From NCBI GenBank assembly GCA_016932615.1, contig JAFGCN010000009.1, forward strand, positions 146,167 to 210,166: a stretch of 64,000 nucleotides of DNA. The letters are read 5' to 3'. This document shows, in pieces, positions 9,899-20,492 of the stretch. Below the pieces are notes generated by a model. It was not told where the DNA came from. It saw only the letters and a list, made by a program, of their open reading frames with translations, and did not search any database. The DNA comes from Candidatus Aenigmatarchaeota archaeon (GTDB taxonomy: Archaea; Aenigmatarchaeota; Aenigmatarchaeia; QMZS01). Both the position numbers and the translations under genes were made by a program. Numbering within the stretch: position 1 is the first letter of the stretch; each line of letters opens with the position of its first letter.

Positions 9899-12800
9899 AT
9901 GGCTAAAAGCACTACAAGTGTAATTGCTGTCTTTTTCATGTTCCTTTTGGCGGCAGTGCTCGAGGTTGGCCTCATATATTCCTTTGGGGGAGTGCAGCAA
10001 TCATTTACCCTGGACCTCAACACCTCTCTATTAAACTATTCTCTAAGCAGGTTCAGCGATGCCTCCACGACGCAGGAATTTGATTTCCAGAATGAGTCAG
10101 ATTACCATGCTTTCTATGTATCCCTTCCGAAAAATTCAACCGTGAGCGCATTTTCCCTGAACCTTACGGGGCTGATAACTACCGTTTACATAAGGGATGT
10201 GGTTTACCTTTCAGGCGTTGAAGTTGGGCATATGAGGGGGCTTTCAATCGGAAACGTCGTTGGTGGCTTGGAAAATGAGATTGTGTCCGGGCGGAGCACA
10301 GTGTCCCAAGCGCTTCCAAGCTTATTTGTAATCAACGGAAGCAGTGGGAGCAACATCTGGAATTACTCGCTTAGCCCTGTTTATGAGGTTGGCTCGACTG
10401 TTGTTGGAAATGTCACGGACAGTTCCGGAAACGAAGTAGTTTTTGGCTCTTCAAACAAGAAAGTGATGCTTTTGTCCTCTTCCGGCTCTCTTCTTTGGGA
10501 ATACGAGACGGGAAACGAAGTTTCCTCTGTTGCAATAGATTCACTTGGCTATTCCACAAACTACGTTGTTGCAGGCTCCAAGGACGAGAAGGTTTACGTC
10601 CTTAATTCCACAGGCGGGGTTTTGTGGAACTACTCGACAAATTCCTCCATTGCTTCAATCGCAGTAGGAGACCTTACCTCAGATGAGGGCAGGGAAATCG
10701 CAGTGGGCACAGGCACAAGAATAGTTATCCTTAACCGGACCGGGAGCAGGGTCTTTGAGTACAACTGGGCAAAAAGCATAAGCGCGCTTGCAGTCGGAAA
10801 TATCTCGGATGATGCTGGCGATGAGCTTGTGATTGGAGATATGGATTATCAGGTGGCGGCTTTTTCGGTAAGCGACTCAAACCTAACACTTCTCTGGAAT
10901 TATACTGCGGGGGCGCAGGTAAACAGCGTTTCGATTGGCGAAGCGGTAACCGACTTTTCCGGGAATGAAGTCGTTGCAGGAACCCATGAACCGAAGGTTT
11001 ATGCTTTCTCCAATAATGGGACAAAGATTTGGGAGTTTGTCACTCAGACTTTTGTTTTTACTGTTGCAATCGGAAACGTGACTGAAGATTCCGGAAACGA
11101 GGTTGGGGCTGGAGATGGCCACCTGTATATTTTCAACTTCGATTATTTCCCGACTAACCTGAAGCTTGATATCGGAAATGACTCTGTTGCGGACTGGAAC
11201 TCAAGCTATGTAAAACTCCGGTCTTCAGAGATTGCAAACGGCACCTCAGTAGTATCTGCAATAAACAGCTACCTTCAGAACAACTGCTCGCCCGATGCTT
11301 CCGGAAACTGCCTTGTCCCAATGGTTTTTCACTCGGACTTTAAGGGCAAGCTTAACCTGTCGGCTCTTAACGTGGTGTACTTCTACAATACCTCCTCTCT
11401 TTTTTCAAAGCCATTCGCAAATGTCTGGTCAAGGACCAGCGGAGTTTCTTCCGGAGAGCAGGTTGGAAACAGGACATACAACCTTTCATTTTCAGGAGTC
11501 CCTGCTGAAAATGTTTCCATAAGCTACCTGGCCGTTGACCCGAACGCGACAAGGTGCGATTTTAACAGAACGGCAAGGGCAGTTACAACCGTTTCTGGAA
11601 CTAAGGTGTGCGATATATCCTCGACGCCGCTTTTTTTCGCTGCAAACCAGTCGATAGACACTCCGGCAAGCACCTACTTTTTCTGGTATGAAGGTATGGG
11701 ATATGGAATCCCAATAGATATCCAAAACTCGACGGGATATTATTCTACCGGAGGGGCTCCCGAAAACTATAATTGGGCAGTCAACCTCAGCGTTAACGGG
11801 ACCAGCGAAGAATTTACAAACATTATACTCAACTGGACGGTAAACTATACGGGAATCAAGGGAGAAGAATTTCTGAAGGTAATGGACGCTTCCGCCTGCG
11901 ACCTGACACCAAACTTCACACAGGATGACTGCGACTCGGCAAGCCCGGCATACAACTTTACGAAAAACTGCACGAATTTCAACTACACTGTTTGCAAGAA
12001 GTACCTTGGCACGGCAATGTTTTTCAAGTGGGTACAGAGTGCGCTTCCCGCCTCCAGCCAGTCAATTTATGTTGCCGGCGGCTCGTATAACCTGAGGCCA
12101 AACCTGACCAATATGTCTGTTACCCCCAACTCAACCCTGTGGGGAGGAAACCTCACCTTCTCGGTTTATGTAAACGATACAGAGTCTGATTTTGTCAATG
12201 TAACTCTATGGGTAAAGAACCTGACCAACTGGTCAAGGGTCGCATCACTTATCACTACTGGCGGGCTTTTGGAATTCAATGTTTCCTCGAACAAGAGCTG
12301 GGTTGGAAATGCGGAATACCTGTTTGAGTACTACGACTATAATTCCACAGCCCCGGAGGGAATCCACTTTCCTGCAAACTCCACTTCAGGAAACCTTACT
12401 GTTGAAAGGCATCTTGCAGAGCTGGTCTATGATTCTTTTTCGCAGGGGAACGGCACGACTCTTTTTCGAAACAGCTCCACAGAGCTAGTATTGTTTGTAA
12501 ATGACACCAACCTTTCCGAAGGTGTGCCTTTCGCTTCCTGCGCACTCTGGGTGGGCGGGATGCTTTCAGGCACAAACCTTACAAACTCCAGCGGCTACTG
12601 CAGGATAGCTCTTCACCCCAATCAAAGCTTTAGCCCTGGACAGAAGAATTGGATAATGGGGATTTTAAGTGACCCTTCCTATGAGGATGCCAATTCGACA
12701 GGCCTTGACATTACGCTTCGTGGATGGATTCGGCCGAATGTAACAAACTCAGAAAACTTTTCCTATTATCGCGGGATTGCTTCGGTTTTCAGGGCCGAGT

Positions 12801-15800
12801 TGCTGGATGAGTTCGGCGGGATTGTTTCAACCGACCAGTACAGTTGTGCCTTTGACCTTAATGCTACAGGAATTGGGTCAAATAATACTCTGCTGGGAAA
12901 CTGCTCTGTTTACTATTCTGCGGGCTGCCTTGGAATAGATTCTGCAGTTGGCCAAAAACAACTTGGCGTGCAGATTGCCCGAACCGGGGGCGAGGATTAT
13001 TACAATATTTCTTCTGCAAGCGCAGGGCGAACGGTTATTCTCAGGGACCGCCTGAATCTCTCAATTGTCAGCCCAGAGGACCAGAATTATTATGTGGGGG
13101 AATTTGTTAACCTTACTGCTGTTGTGAATGACTCCTGTACAGTGCTTAGCGGGGTGTCGCTCAACTGGACGCTTGTGAGAAAGAGCGTTTTGAACGTAAC
13201 CTTCTCAGACCTTAGCGGGCAGGAACGGCAGAATTACACAGTGGTCCTTCCAGGGTCGCTTTTTTCTTCAGGGGGCTACAACCTCTCGGACTGGCGGGTA
13301 AACAATACGCATCTTTTGTTTGACGGAAGCGAAGTTCCGTTTTCCATTTACCAGTGGACAACTGCTTTCAAGACAACCGAGAACAAGAGCAAGATTTACA
13401 TGGATGATTACTCGGAGATTGTTTTTCGCGTGAACCTGTCTGCATGGCAGAGCAAGACTTATACTCTTAACCTGACCTGGCAGGAGCCGGTTCAGTATGG
13501 GAATCTAACTTACAATCTATTTAATGCAGATTTTGGCACAGGAAACTTTTCGGACTGGAGCCCTTCGATTTGCAACCGGATTGTTGGATGCAATGGAGAA
13601 GTTTCTTTTGACGGGAACGTAAGTTACGCGAATATTTCTGCAAATGACGGCTATACGGTGCTCAGCCAGAACCTGCCCGGATTCAACTTTTCTGAGCAGT
13701 TTTACATAAGGTACAAGGCCTGGGGGGACTTTAATTCCACGATGTACCCTGGGCAATTCTACATCCTTTTGGGGAACTATTCCTGCAACCTTACTTCGGA
13801 AATAAGGGCTCTGGCAGACGGGACTGGATATGTCTCCCTGCCTGAAAACTGGACGCTTTCCAACTGCACTGGTGCTTCAATTTCCTCTGCAAATAATGTT
13901 TCGATAGTGCTTCTCGACTTAGGCGACGGAGGTGGCGACCCGTCGAACGTCAATGCGCTTATCGACTATGTCTGCTTTGGAAACTCAAGCGGATCCTGCA
14001 TCGACTTTGATGAGGGGCAGTCACTTGCTCGGTCGCTTAACACAAAGAAGGAATTGGGCCTGGCAAGCAATTACACCTTTAGTGGAATGGATGAGGTCGG
14101 AAGGAGGAAGATTCTGGCGGAAGCGACTAGGGAATATTACTTGTCTGCAACATTAGGCACGCTTTTCAACCTCACGGGATTTTCAAAGCTCCAGGCCTTT
14201 AATGTAAGCTCGATTTATTGCACTTCAGATCCCCTCAATGGCTCAAGCTTTGTGTGCATGAGCAATGCCACTGTGGACCTTGTGGCGAAGGTTGGAAACA
14301 ATTTCACGGAAGAACCGATATACAACCACACAATTGTTTTTTCAAATAATTCCTCGTCCATTGGAAGCAACGCTTCCAATTTTGCCGGGCGGGCATACTT
14401 TGGCATGACACTTGGAAACGCGTCGAACTACACATTTTACGCAAACATTTCCTCACAGCCGGAAATTTTTTATAACTCAAGCAACTTGTCGGGCATGGAG
14501 ATATTCATACTTATCGACAGCGGGGTGACTACTGGAAACATTACGTTGAATTCAACAAGCGCAGTTGTCCAGAGTGTGGCACTCGACAGCAACTACACGC
14601 TCCCCCTTCTCTGGGAGCTCAACAATACAGGTCTCAGCGGCATGTATGACATTCGCGTAAGCACGAATAATATTTCCGGGATAGCTGTCTCCCCGGTAGT
14701 CTGCCTTCCACTGGCATCAGGGATGAACTGCACAAGGAACGTCAATGTAACCGTAACTTACCTGACGGCTCCGGGAAATTATACCTTGGTTTTCAATGCC
14801 AGCTGGCAGAATGGGGACGCAAGCAGGTCGAACACCACGAAAGGCCTTACGCTGGCTGTTGAAACTAGCAAGAAGGTCCGCTTTGAGGAAGAAAACGCGA
14901 CGCTTAACGTTCCAGTGACGACAACTGGCGCAATAAACCTTACTCTTTTGAACTATGGAAATATAAACCTCAGCAGCGTCTATTTCAACCTTTCCGGCAC
15001 GGATACAGAAGCAGTTATCAACTGGAGCAGCTTTTCAGCCAACTACACTAACCTGTCGCTTGGCGGCTCGTACAACCTGACTCTTCAGTTCCAGATTCCT
15101 GCAAATGCGACTACCCGGGAATACTGGCTTAATGTTACCGCCACGATACCGGGGTGCACAGGGAACTGCTCGGCGACTCTTCCTTTCATTTTGAACGTGA
15201 CGCCCCTTGACTGGAACATTGCGCCGGAAACAAACCTGTCAAAGGTAGTCGGGCTTAAGCAGGAGCTTAACAAATTTGGCGAGCTTGAGATTACAAATAC
15301 CCTTAACAGCACACTTGACTTCAACCTGACAATCACGCCAAATAACGGCACTTCTATAGAATTCCTGACGCTTAACAGAAGCATTTTCCAGACTACCTCT
15401 CAGGTAACCGTTGGGCCTGTTTCTTCCAGAGTAGTGGAAATTTTTTACAACACCAGCATTTCGCCAAACACTACCGGCACATACAACTACACGCTTCTTT
15501 TGGAGAGTAATGTGGCTAACATTACTCCTGCTTCAAGGTCGCTTGGGCTTTATTTTGAGGTCATAAACTTTACCGTAGACATTTACTCTCCGACAGAGTT
15601 AAGCCCCGCGGGCCAGCCAGACCCAGTCGAAGCAAATGAAACCCTGGTGATAGATGTCGAGGCAAAGCTGGGGGCGACTCCGCTTTCGAACAATATTTCC
15701 TGGAATGTTTCCGTGGGCGGGCAGGTGTGCCAGAACACGAGTGCCCCAGAGTACAATACTTCCACAAGCAGGTGGATTCTCCGCTGCGCTTACCCAGACA

Positions 15801-18800
15801 TCCCCCTAAATCCCATATACAATGACCTTGAGGTCACGGGAACTTATGAACTTCTTGGAGTTGACCTGTCGGACGTGGAGGAAAATGCCGTAATCTACAA
15901 GGATGTTCTTGAGCCATGGTTTTCGAATGTCAGCGCTTCTTTTGTCAATATGCTTTCTAACTTAAGCGAGGTTTCCTTTGAGGTGAACGTGACAGACAAC
16001 AAAAACATTTCCTCTGTCTGGGCGGTAGTCACCCGGCCGGATGGCGTGAATATCTCGCTTGGGGCAGGAAATTATTCTGCAACCCCAAGGTCATTTGGGG
16101 ATTTCGACAGCTACAAATATACATTTACAATGCACAACCCGAACCTGAACGGAGACTACGACATAACTGTCTATGCAATAGACACCGAAGCCCACCAGAA
16201 CAGCACAACCGGCTGGTTTGATGTATTTATCCCTGTGCAGGTCTGGGGAAACTTTACCAATTCGAAAGGAGAAGCCATAAGCGCGAACATGAGCTTTTAC
16301 AGGAGCGGATACAACCAGACACTGCCCTACCGAATGGAAAACAAAACCCTTGCAGGCGCTCCTTACAACTGGACGCTTCACAAGCGGCTTTATGACGTCA
16401 AGCTTAACATGTTTGGGCATGAGATGGTGGTGGCTGGCGCCGACTTCAACATAACGCAGAATGATACCCAAAATCCGTTTTTGTTCGACTATTTTGCAAA
16501 CAAGTCCTCGGAAGACATCTCGAATATCCTTCTGCCTGACACCGCAAACCGCCAGAGCATCCTTCTTGCCTTTGCACTTGAAAGTGACCTTAACCTTACG
16601 GGCGCAAACTTCTCGGTGCGCTACGGAGATGCCCTGAATGCAGGAAGCTTCTCGGAGGACCTTCTTGAGGTTTTCGTCTGCGAGGACTGGAATTACACTG
16701 CCAGGACGTGCAACTCCGGGGAATTCTCATATCTTGCCGGGACGTCTGCACTGTCTTCCTCGAACCCGGACATTTCCGCAAATGTGTTTAACTTCTCTTC
16801 AAGCCACCTTTCGGCATACGCAATCGCAGAAAGCTCATACCCATACAAGTGGGGAGTTGCTCCGGACTCGCCATCAACCCCTCCTGCGGCATCTGGTTCC
16901 AGTAGCAGCAGCGATTCCGGGGAGGATAGCGGCCCTGTAGTCGTGTGCGGAAACGGCGTCTGTGAGCTAGGGGAAAACTCCGACAACTGCCCAGAGGACT
17001 GCTCAAAGGATTTCCCTCTTGAGGTTGACACAAACCTTGGCGATGTCCGCCTTTTCCCGGGAGAAGGAAGGCAGTATTGGATATCACTGAAAAATAATTT
17101 CGGAAAAAACCTTTCAGTTTCTCTATCCTTAAGCGAAAACCTGCTGGAGTTTGTTTCGCTGGATGTGGATTCGCTTAACGTGACCGCTCACGAAAAGAAA
17201 ATACTTAACCTTTCGCTGAATGCCCCGCAAAACATAAGTGTTGGAACTTATGGAGGTTACGTAGTTCTCATGTCTGGAGAGTCGAAGCTAAGCCTTCCGG
17301 TCACCATAAGGATACTTGAGCTTCCGGCGGCTACTTTCACGGTGAACGTCAACATGAGGTCTGCCCAGATTGCTCCTGACGGAAAGCTAGAGTTCAATGT
17401 GCAGCTTACAAACCTTGGAGAGAAGGAGCTTTACCCAATAACGCTCACCTACTATGTAAAAGACCCGCAAAACAACGAAGTTTTCAGGTCCAACCGGACA
17501 AATATCACGCTTCAGACAACTGTCCTCGTGTCCGAAAGCTTTCCGATGAACCTGAGCGAAGAAGGAACTTACACGCTTGAGGTGTGGGCTAATTATTATG
17601 GAAAGAATATAGATATGGGTGTGGTGACTTTTGATGTCTTAAGGCCCCTTTTCCAGTCCCCTCTTACAGTGGGGCTTATTGTACTCGTTTTGGCGCTTAT
17701 CTGCCTTGTCCTTGGAACTTACCTGTACAGATACTACCGCATGTGGAGAAAGGAGAAGGAAAAGCAGCAGAGGTACCTTTACCCTCTTGACTATAATACT
17801 ATCCCAAAGGAGGGCTTCAACGTCGGAAAGTTTGCCGCAAGGGACAATGTGTTTTATTATGATCCTAGAGACCTTTCAACCCACCTGATAGCTGCAGGAG
17901 CAACGGGCTCGGGAAAGTCAGTTGCCGCTTCCCTTTTTGCCGAGGAAGCGCTTGACAAGAAGATTCCGGTAATCGTCTTTGACCCGACCAGCCAGTGGAC
18001 AGGGTTTGTAAAGCCGTGCAAGGACAATAACCTTCTCAGCAGGTACCCTCGATTTGGGATGACCGAGTTTGACATAAAGTCCTATCCGGGCCTTATCTAT
18101 GATGTCGAAACTCCGACTTTCAATCTGGATATAAAGAAGTTCATAAACCCGGGGGAGATTACCGTCTTCTGCCTGGGACGGCTTAAGCCTGGTGAATATG
18201 ATGTTGCCGTAAACAACATAATAGCCACTCTTTTCAAGGAGAGCTGGGAGGAGAGCACTGAGCTTAAGGTCATCCTTGTCTTTGATGAGGTGCACCGGCT
18301 TTTGGAAAAGTACGGCGGCTCTGGCGGCTACGTTGCTCTTGAAAAGGCTGCAAGGGAGTTCAGGAAGTGGGGAATCGGCGTAATCATGTGTTCCCAGGTC
18401 CTGGCAGATTTCAAGGAGGCAATAGCCGGTAACGTACTCACAGAAATTCAGCTTAACACCAAATCCCTTACAGATATCGACAAGGTTAAGACAAAGTACG
18501 GTGAGAAGTATGCTGAGAGGATTGCAAGAATGGGCGTCGGGGCCGGGCTTGTGCAGCACCCGAAGTACAATAACGGAAAGCCCTTCTTTATCGAGTTCAG
18601 GCCGACAAAGCATAACCCCCACAAGATTACCGATGAGGAGCTCGCATTATACAAGAATTACACGGAGCGGCTTGACAAGCTGTCAGCGAAGATAGAGGAG
18701 ATGAAGAAAAATGGAGTCTATACGGAGAACTATGAGATAGACTACAAGCTTGCCGTGGACAAGCTAAAAAGAGGAAACTTCAGGATGTCTGAAATATATA

Positions 18801-18835
18801 TTTCGTCCCTTGAAAGGGCCCTTGAAAAAGTATGA
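9899..18835 (+). CDS. Giant surface protein fused via one TM helix to a cytoplasmic HerA/FtsK/VirB4-like (DUF87-type) ATPase
   Basis: N-terminal hydrophobic helix; beta-propeller repeats (VSSVAI..GNEVVAG..LW.Y); Ig-like stalk; CGNGVCELGENSDNCPEDC; TM at ~17663-17730; Walker A HLIAAGATGSGKS (~17897); VIVFDP; Walker B LVFDEVH; REFRKWGIGVIMCSQ. Confidence 0.88.
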   Translation: MAKSTTSVIAVFFMFLLAAVLEVGLIYSFGGVQQSFTLDLNTSLLNYSLSRFSDASTTQEFDFQNESDYHAFYVSLPKNSTVSAFSLNLTGLITTVYIRDVVYLSGVEVGHMRGLSIGNVVGGLENEIVSGRSTVSQALPSLFVINGSSGSNIWNYSLSPVYEVGSTVVGNVTDSSGNEVVFGSSNKKVMLLSSSGSLLWEYETGNEVSSVAIDSLGYSTNYVVAGSKDEKVYVLNSTGGVLWNYSTNSSIASIAVGDLTSDEGREIAVGTGTRIVILNRTGSRVFEYNWAKSISALAVGNISDDAGDELVIGDMDYQVAAFSVSDSNLTLLWNYTAGAQVNSVSIGEAVTDFSGNEVVAGTHEPKVYAFSNNGTKIWEFVTQTFVFTVAIGNVTEDSGNEVGAGDGHLYIFNFDYFPTNLKLDIGNDSVADWNSSYVKLRSSEIANGTSVVSAINSYLQNNCSPDASGNCLVPMVFHSDFKGKLNLSALNVVYFYNTSSLFSKPFANVWSRTSGVSSGEQVGNRTYNLSFSGVPAENVSISYLAVDPNATRCDFNRTARAVTTVSGTKVCDISSTPLFFAANQSIDTPASTYFFWYEGMGYGIPIDIQNSTGYYSTGGAPENYNWAVNLSVNGTSEEFTNIILNWTVNYTGIKGEEFLKVMDASACDLTPNFTQDDCDSASPAYNFTKNCTNFNYTVCKKYLGTAMFFKWVQSALPASSQSIYVAGGSYNLRPNLTNMSVTPNSTLWGGNLTFSVYVNDTESDFVNVTLWVKNLTNWSRVASLITTGGLLEFNVSSNKSWVGNAEYLFEYYDYNSTAPEGIHFPANSTSGNLTVERHLAELVYDSFSQGNGTTLFRNSSTELVLFVNDTNLSEGVPFASCALWVGGMLSGTNLTNSSGYCRIALHPNQSFSPGQKNWIMGILSDPSYEDANSTGLDITLRGWIRPNVTNSENFSYYRGIASVFRAELLDEFGGIVSTDQYSCAFDLNATGIGSNNTLLGNCSVYYSAGCLGIDSAVGQKQLGVQIARTGGEDYYNISSASAGRTVILRDRLNLSIVSPEDQNYYVGEFVNLTAVVNDSCTVLSGVSLNWTLVRKSVLNVTFSDLSGQERQNYTVVLPGSLFSSGGYNLSDWRVNNTHLLFDGSEVPFSIYQWTTAFKTTENKSKIYMDDYSEIVFRVNLSAWQSKTYTLNLTWQEPVQYGNLTYNLFNADFGTGNFSDWSPSICNRIVGCNGEVSFDGNVSYANISANDGYTVLSQNLPGFNFSEQFYIRYKAWGDFNSTMYPGQFYILLGNYSCNLTSEIRALADGTGYVSLPENWTLSNCTGASISSANNVSIVLLDLGDGGGDPSNVNALIDYVCFGNSSGSCIDFDEGQSLARSLNTKKELGLASNYTFSGMDEVGRRKILAEATREYYLSATLGTLFNLTGFSKLQAFNVSSIYCTSDPLNGSSFVCMSNATVDLVAKVGNNFTEEPIYNHTIVFSNNSSSIGSNASNFAGRAYFGMTLGNASNYTFYANISSQPEIFYNSSNLSGMEIFILIDSGVTTGNITLNSTSAVVQSVALDSNYTLPLLWELNNTGLSGMYDIRVSTNNISGIAVSPVVCLPLASGMNCTRNVNVTVTYLTAPGNYTLVFNASWQNGDASRSNTTKGLTLAVETSKKVRFEEENATLNVPVTTTGAINLTLLNYGNINLSSVYFNLSGTDTEAVINWSSFSANYTNLSLGGSYNLTLQFQIPANATTREYWLNVTATIPGCTGNCSATLPFILNVTPLDWNIAPETNLSKVVGLKQELNKFGELEITNTLNSTLDFNLTITPNNGTSIEFLTLNRSIFQTTSQVTVGPVSSRVVEIFYNTSISPNTTGTYNYTLLLESNVANITPASRSLGLYFEVINFTVDIYSPTELSPAGQPDPVEANETLVIDVEAKLGATPLSNNISWNVSVGGQVCQNTSAPEYNTSTSRWILRCAYPDIPLNPIYNDLEVTGTYELLGVDLSDVEENAVIYKDVLEPWFSNVSASFVNMLSNLSEVSFEVNVTDNKNISSVWAVVTRPDGVNISLGAGNYSATPRSFGDFDSYKYTFTMHNPNLNGDYDITVYAIDTEAHQNSTTGWFDVFIPVQVWGNFTNSKGEAISANMSFYRSGYNQTLPYRMENKTLAGAPYNWTLHKRLYDVKLNMFGHEMVVAGADFNITQNDTQNPFLFDYFANKSSEDISNILLPDTANRQSILLAFALESDLNLTGANFSVRYGDALNAGSFSEDLLEVFVCEDWNYTARTCNSGEFSYLAGTSALSSSNPDISANVFNFSSSHLSAYAIAESSYPYKWGVAPDSPSTPPAASGSSSSSDSGEDSGPVVVCGNGVCELGENSDNCPEDCSKDFPLEVDTNLGDVRLFPGEGRQYWISLKNNFGKNLSVSLSLSENLLEFVSLDVDSLNVTAHEKKILNLSLNAPQNISVGTYGGYVVLMSGESKLSLPVTIRILELPAATFTVNVNMRSAQIAPDGKLEFNVQLTNLGEKELYPITLTYYVKDPQNNEVFRSNRTNITLQTTVLVSESFPMNLSEEGTYTLEVWANYYGKNIDMGVVTFDVLRPLFQSPLTVGLIVLVLALICLVLGTYLYRYYRMWRKEKEKQQRYLYPLDYNTIPKEGFNVGKFAARDNVFYYDPRDLSTHLIAAGATGSGKSVAASLFAEEALDKKIPVIVFDPTSQWTGFVKPCKDNNLLSRYPRFGMTEFDIKSYPGLIYDVETPTFNLDIKKFINPGEITVFCLGRLKPGEYDVAVNNIIATLFKESWEESTELKVILVFDEVHRLLEKYGGSGGYVALEKAAREFRKWGIGVIMCSQVLADFKEAIAGNVLTEIQLNTKSLTDIDKVKTKYGEKYAERIARMGVGAGLVQHPKYNNGKPFFIEFRPTKHNPHKITDEELALYKNYTERLDKLSAKIEEMKKNGVYTENYEIDYKLAVDKLKRGNFRMSEIYISSLERALEKV

Positions 18836-18899
18836 TGCCGAAATGCCGAAATAACCGCGACAACTCCTATCTTGAGTGGGTTGTTGGCGGATTTTGATT

Positions 18900-20441
18900 A
18901 TGTCTGGAGAAGAATCTTCCGGGGGAAGCGGCGGAGACGATAACGTTATCTCCGCAGAAGAGTTCAGGGACCTTGAGTCTGATGAAAAGAAAAGCGAAAG
19001 CCAAAAGGGAGGGCTCTTTGGCATGTTTAAAAAGACCCCCCCGCCTTCAGCTTCCGTGCCTCACGTCGGAGGCGGAGATTCGGAAAAAGACCCTTTGGTT
19101 GAAGTGAGCATGAAAGTCGAGCGCCTCTCAAGTCGGTTTGAGATGCTTGAGGAGGCAAGAAAGCATACTGACGAGCGCCTGTTTGAAATGGCTGAGAAGA
19201 TTGGCGAGCTTCGCTCAACAGTTGTCGAGCGAGACAGGGCGTTCAATGATATCGCCTCCAAGTTCGAAAGGATTTCTGACATTACCGAGGGCCTTGAGCC
19301 GGACAAAATCAGAAAGGACCTTGCAAAAAAAGACCAGCAGATTGAGCAGGTCAAAGCCCAGGTCGAGTCGGACTCGGAGAAAATTGCTGTTTCTCTCAAG
19401 AAAATCAAGGACATGAATGACATAATTGACCAGATAAAGGGCTTTAAGGACCTGGTGTCTGTTGCCGACGAGCTTGGAAAGAAGATAAAAATCGTGGAAG
19501 GCCTCAAGGCGGAAACCGAAAAGACCGCAGGGAAGTTTGAGAGCCGGCTTTACCAGTTTAATGAGTCCCTCAGCCGCTTACAGGGAAGCATCACTAAGGT
19601 TGAGGCAAACGACGAAACCTTGAAGGAGCTTTTGAGAACTGTCGATGCCCTTTCGCTTCGCGTCGAAAAGGCGCTTAGCAAAACAGACTTTGATTCAAGC
19701 GAGAAAGCGCTTGACAGCAAGTTTTCTGAGCTAAGGTTTGACACTGAGTCTAAGCTCCAGAAGGTCCTGGATGCTTTTAAGAAGGTGGATGAAGTGACGG
19801 GCGAAGCCGCTTACAAGGCGCTTAACAAAAAAATCGATGACTTTCAGAGGGATTACTCCCAGTACAAAAAAGACCTCGAGGCGCGGCTTTTGAAAATGCC
19901 TGCTTCCTCAAAATCCTCTGCCCAGATTGCTGCTTCCCCGGATGGCGGTTATGAAGAGGACATTCCTGACAAGAAGCTGGGCGAGGGTGGGGTTTTTGGA
20001 GACACTGAATTAATGCTTGTCGAGAAAATGAAGAAGATGATAGAGGATAACAACGAAAAACACAGCCAGCACATGGCGGACCTTGAGCTGAGGATTCTGG
20101 AGCTTTCGAAAAGCGTTTACCATAGGATAGAAAGGCGCGTGGTTAAGGAATCTAAGACTACGAGAGATGCAGTCAGAAACCTGGTAGCTTCCGGGTCTGA
20201 AGAATCTGGATTTTTTTCAAAGCGCGCTTCTATCCCGGTTCAGGCCCGCCCGGATGAGCCGATCCTGGATATGTCCTCCCTGGTAAAGGATATTTATTTC
20301 TACCTTGACTCAGGCAACTATTCCGAAGCCAAGGCAGGGTTCATAAAACTGCTCTCGATCTACGAGCGCCAAGAGTCCAGCAACCCATTTATCCTTGCAA
20401 AAATAACCGACCTTCACAAAAGGATAAAGCAGATTAGCTAA
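18900..20441 (+). CDS. Long cytoplasmic coiled-coil protein
   Basis: Heptad-rich E/K sequence over ~300 aa; likely start is ATG 18900 (ttATG context) rather than GTG 18876; N-terminal GGLFGMFKK; short C-terminal helical hairpin. Confidence 0.75.
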   Translation: MSGEESSGGSGGDDNVISAEEFRDLESDEKKSESQKGGLFGMFKKTPPPSASVPHVGGGDSEKDPLVEVSMKVERLSSRFEMLEEARKHTDERLFEMAEKIGELRSTVVERDRAFNDIASKFERISDITEGLEPDKIRKDLAKKDQQIEQVKAQVESDSEKIAVSLKKIKDMNDIIDQIKGFKDLVSVADELGKKIKIVEGLKAETEKTAGKFESRLYQFNESLSRLQGSITKVEANDETLKELLRTVDALSLRVEKALSKTDFDSSEKALDSKFSELRFDTESKLQKVLDAFKKVDEVTGEAAYKALNKKIDDFQRDYSQYKKDLEARLLKMPASSKSSAQIAASPDGGYEEDIPDKKLGEGGVFGDTELMLVEKMKKMIEDNNEKHSQHMADLELRILELSKSVYHRIERRVVKESKTTRDAVRNLVASGSEESGFFSKRASIPVQARPDEPILDMSSLVKDIYFYLDSGNYSEAKAGFIKLLSIYERQESSNPFILAKITDLHKRIKQIS

Positions 20442-20492
20442 ACCCGGGGGGTTTCCCTGCTTTTCTTACCCTTTTTAAACAATTCCATATCG

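Noticed and set aside
17918-18622. 234-aa antisense ORF within the ATPase domain, and similar shadow ORFs throughout
   Set aside because: Fully nested opposite well-supported genes, with no recognisable motifs
17860-18835. Canonical HerA DNA-repair helicase or conjugative VirB4
   Set aside because: No HAS barrel, no nurA/mre11/rad50, no relaxase or other T4SS genes recognised; fused to an ectodomain
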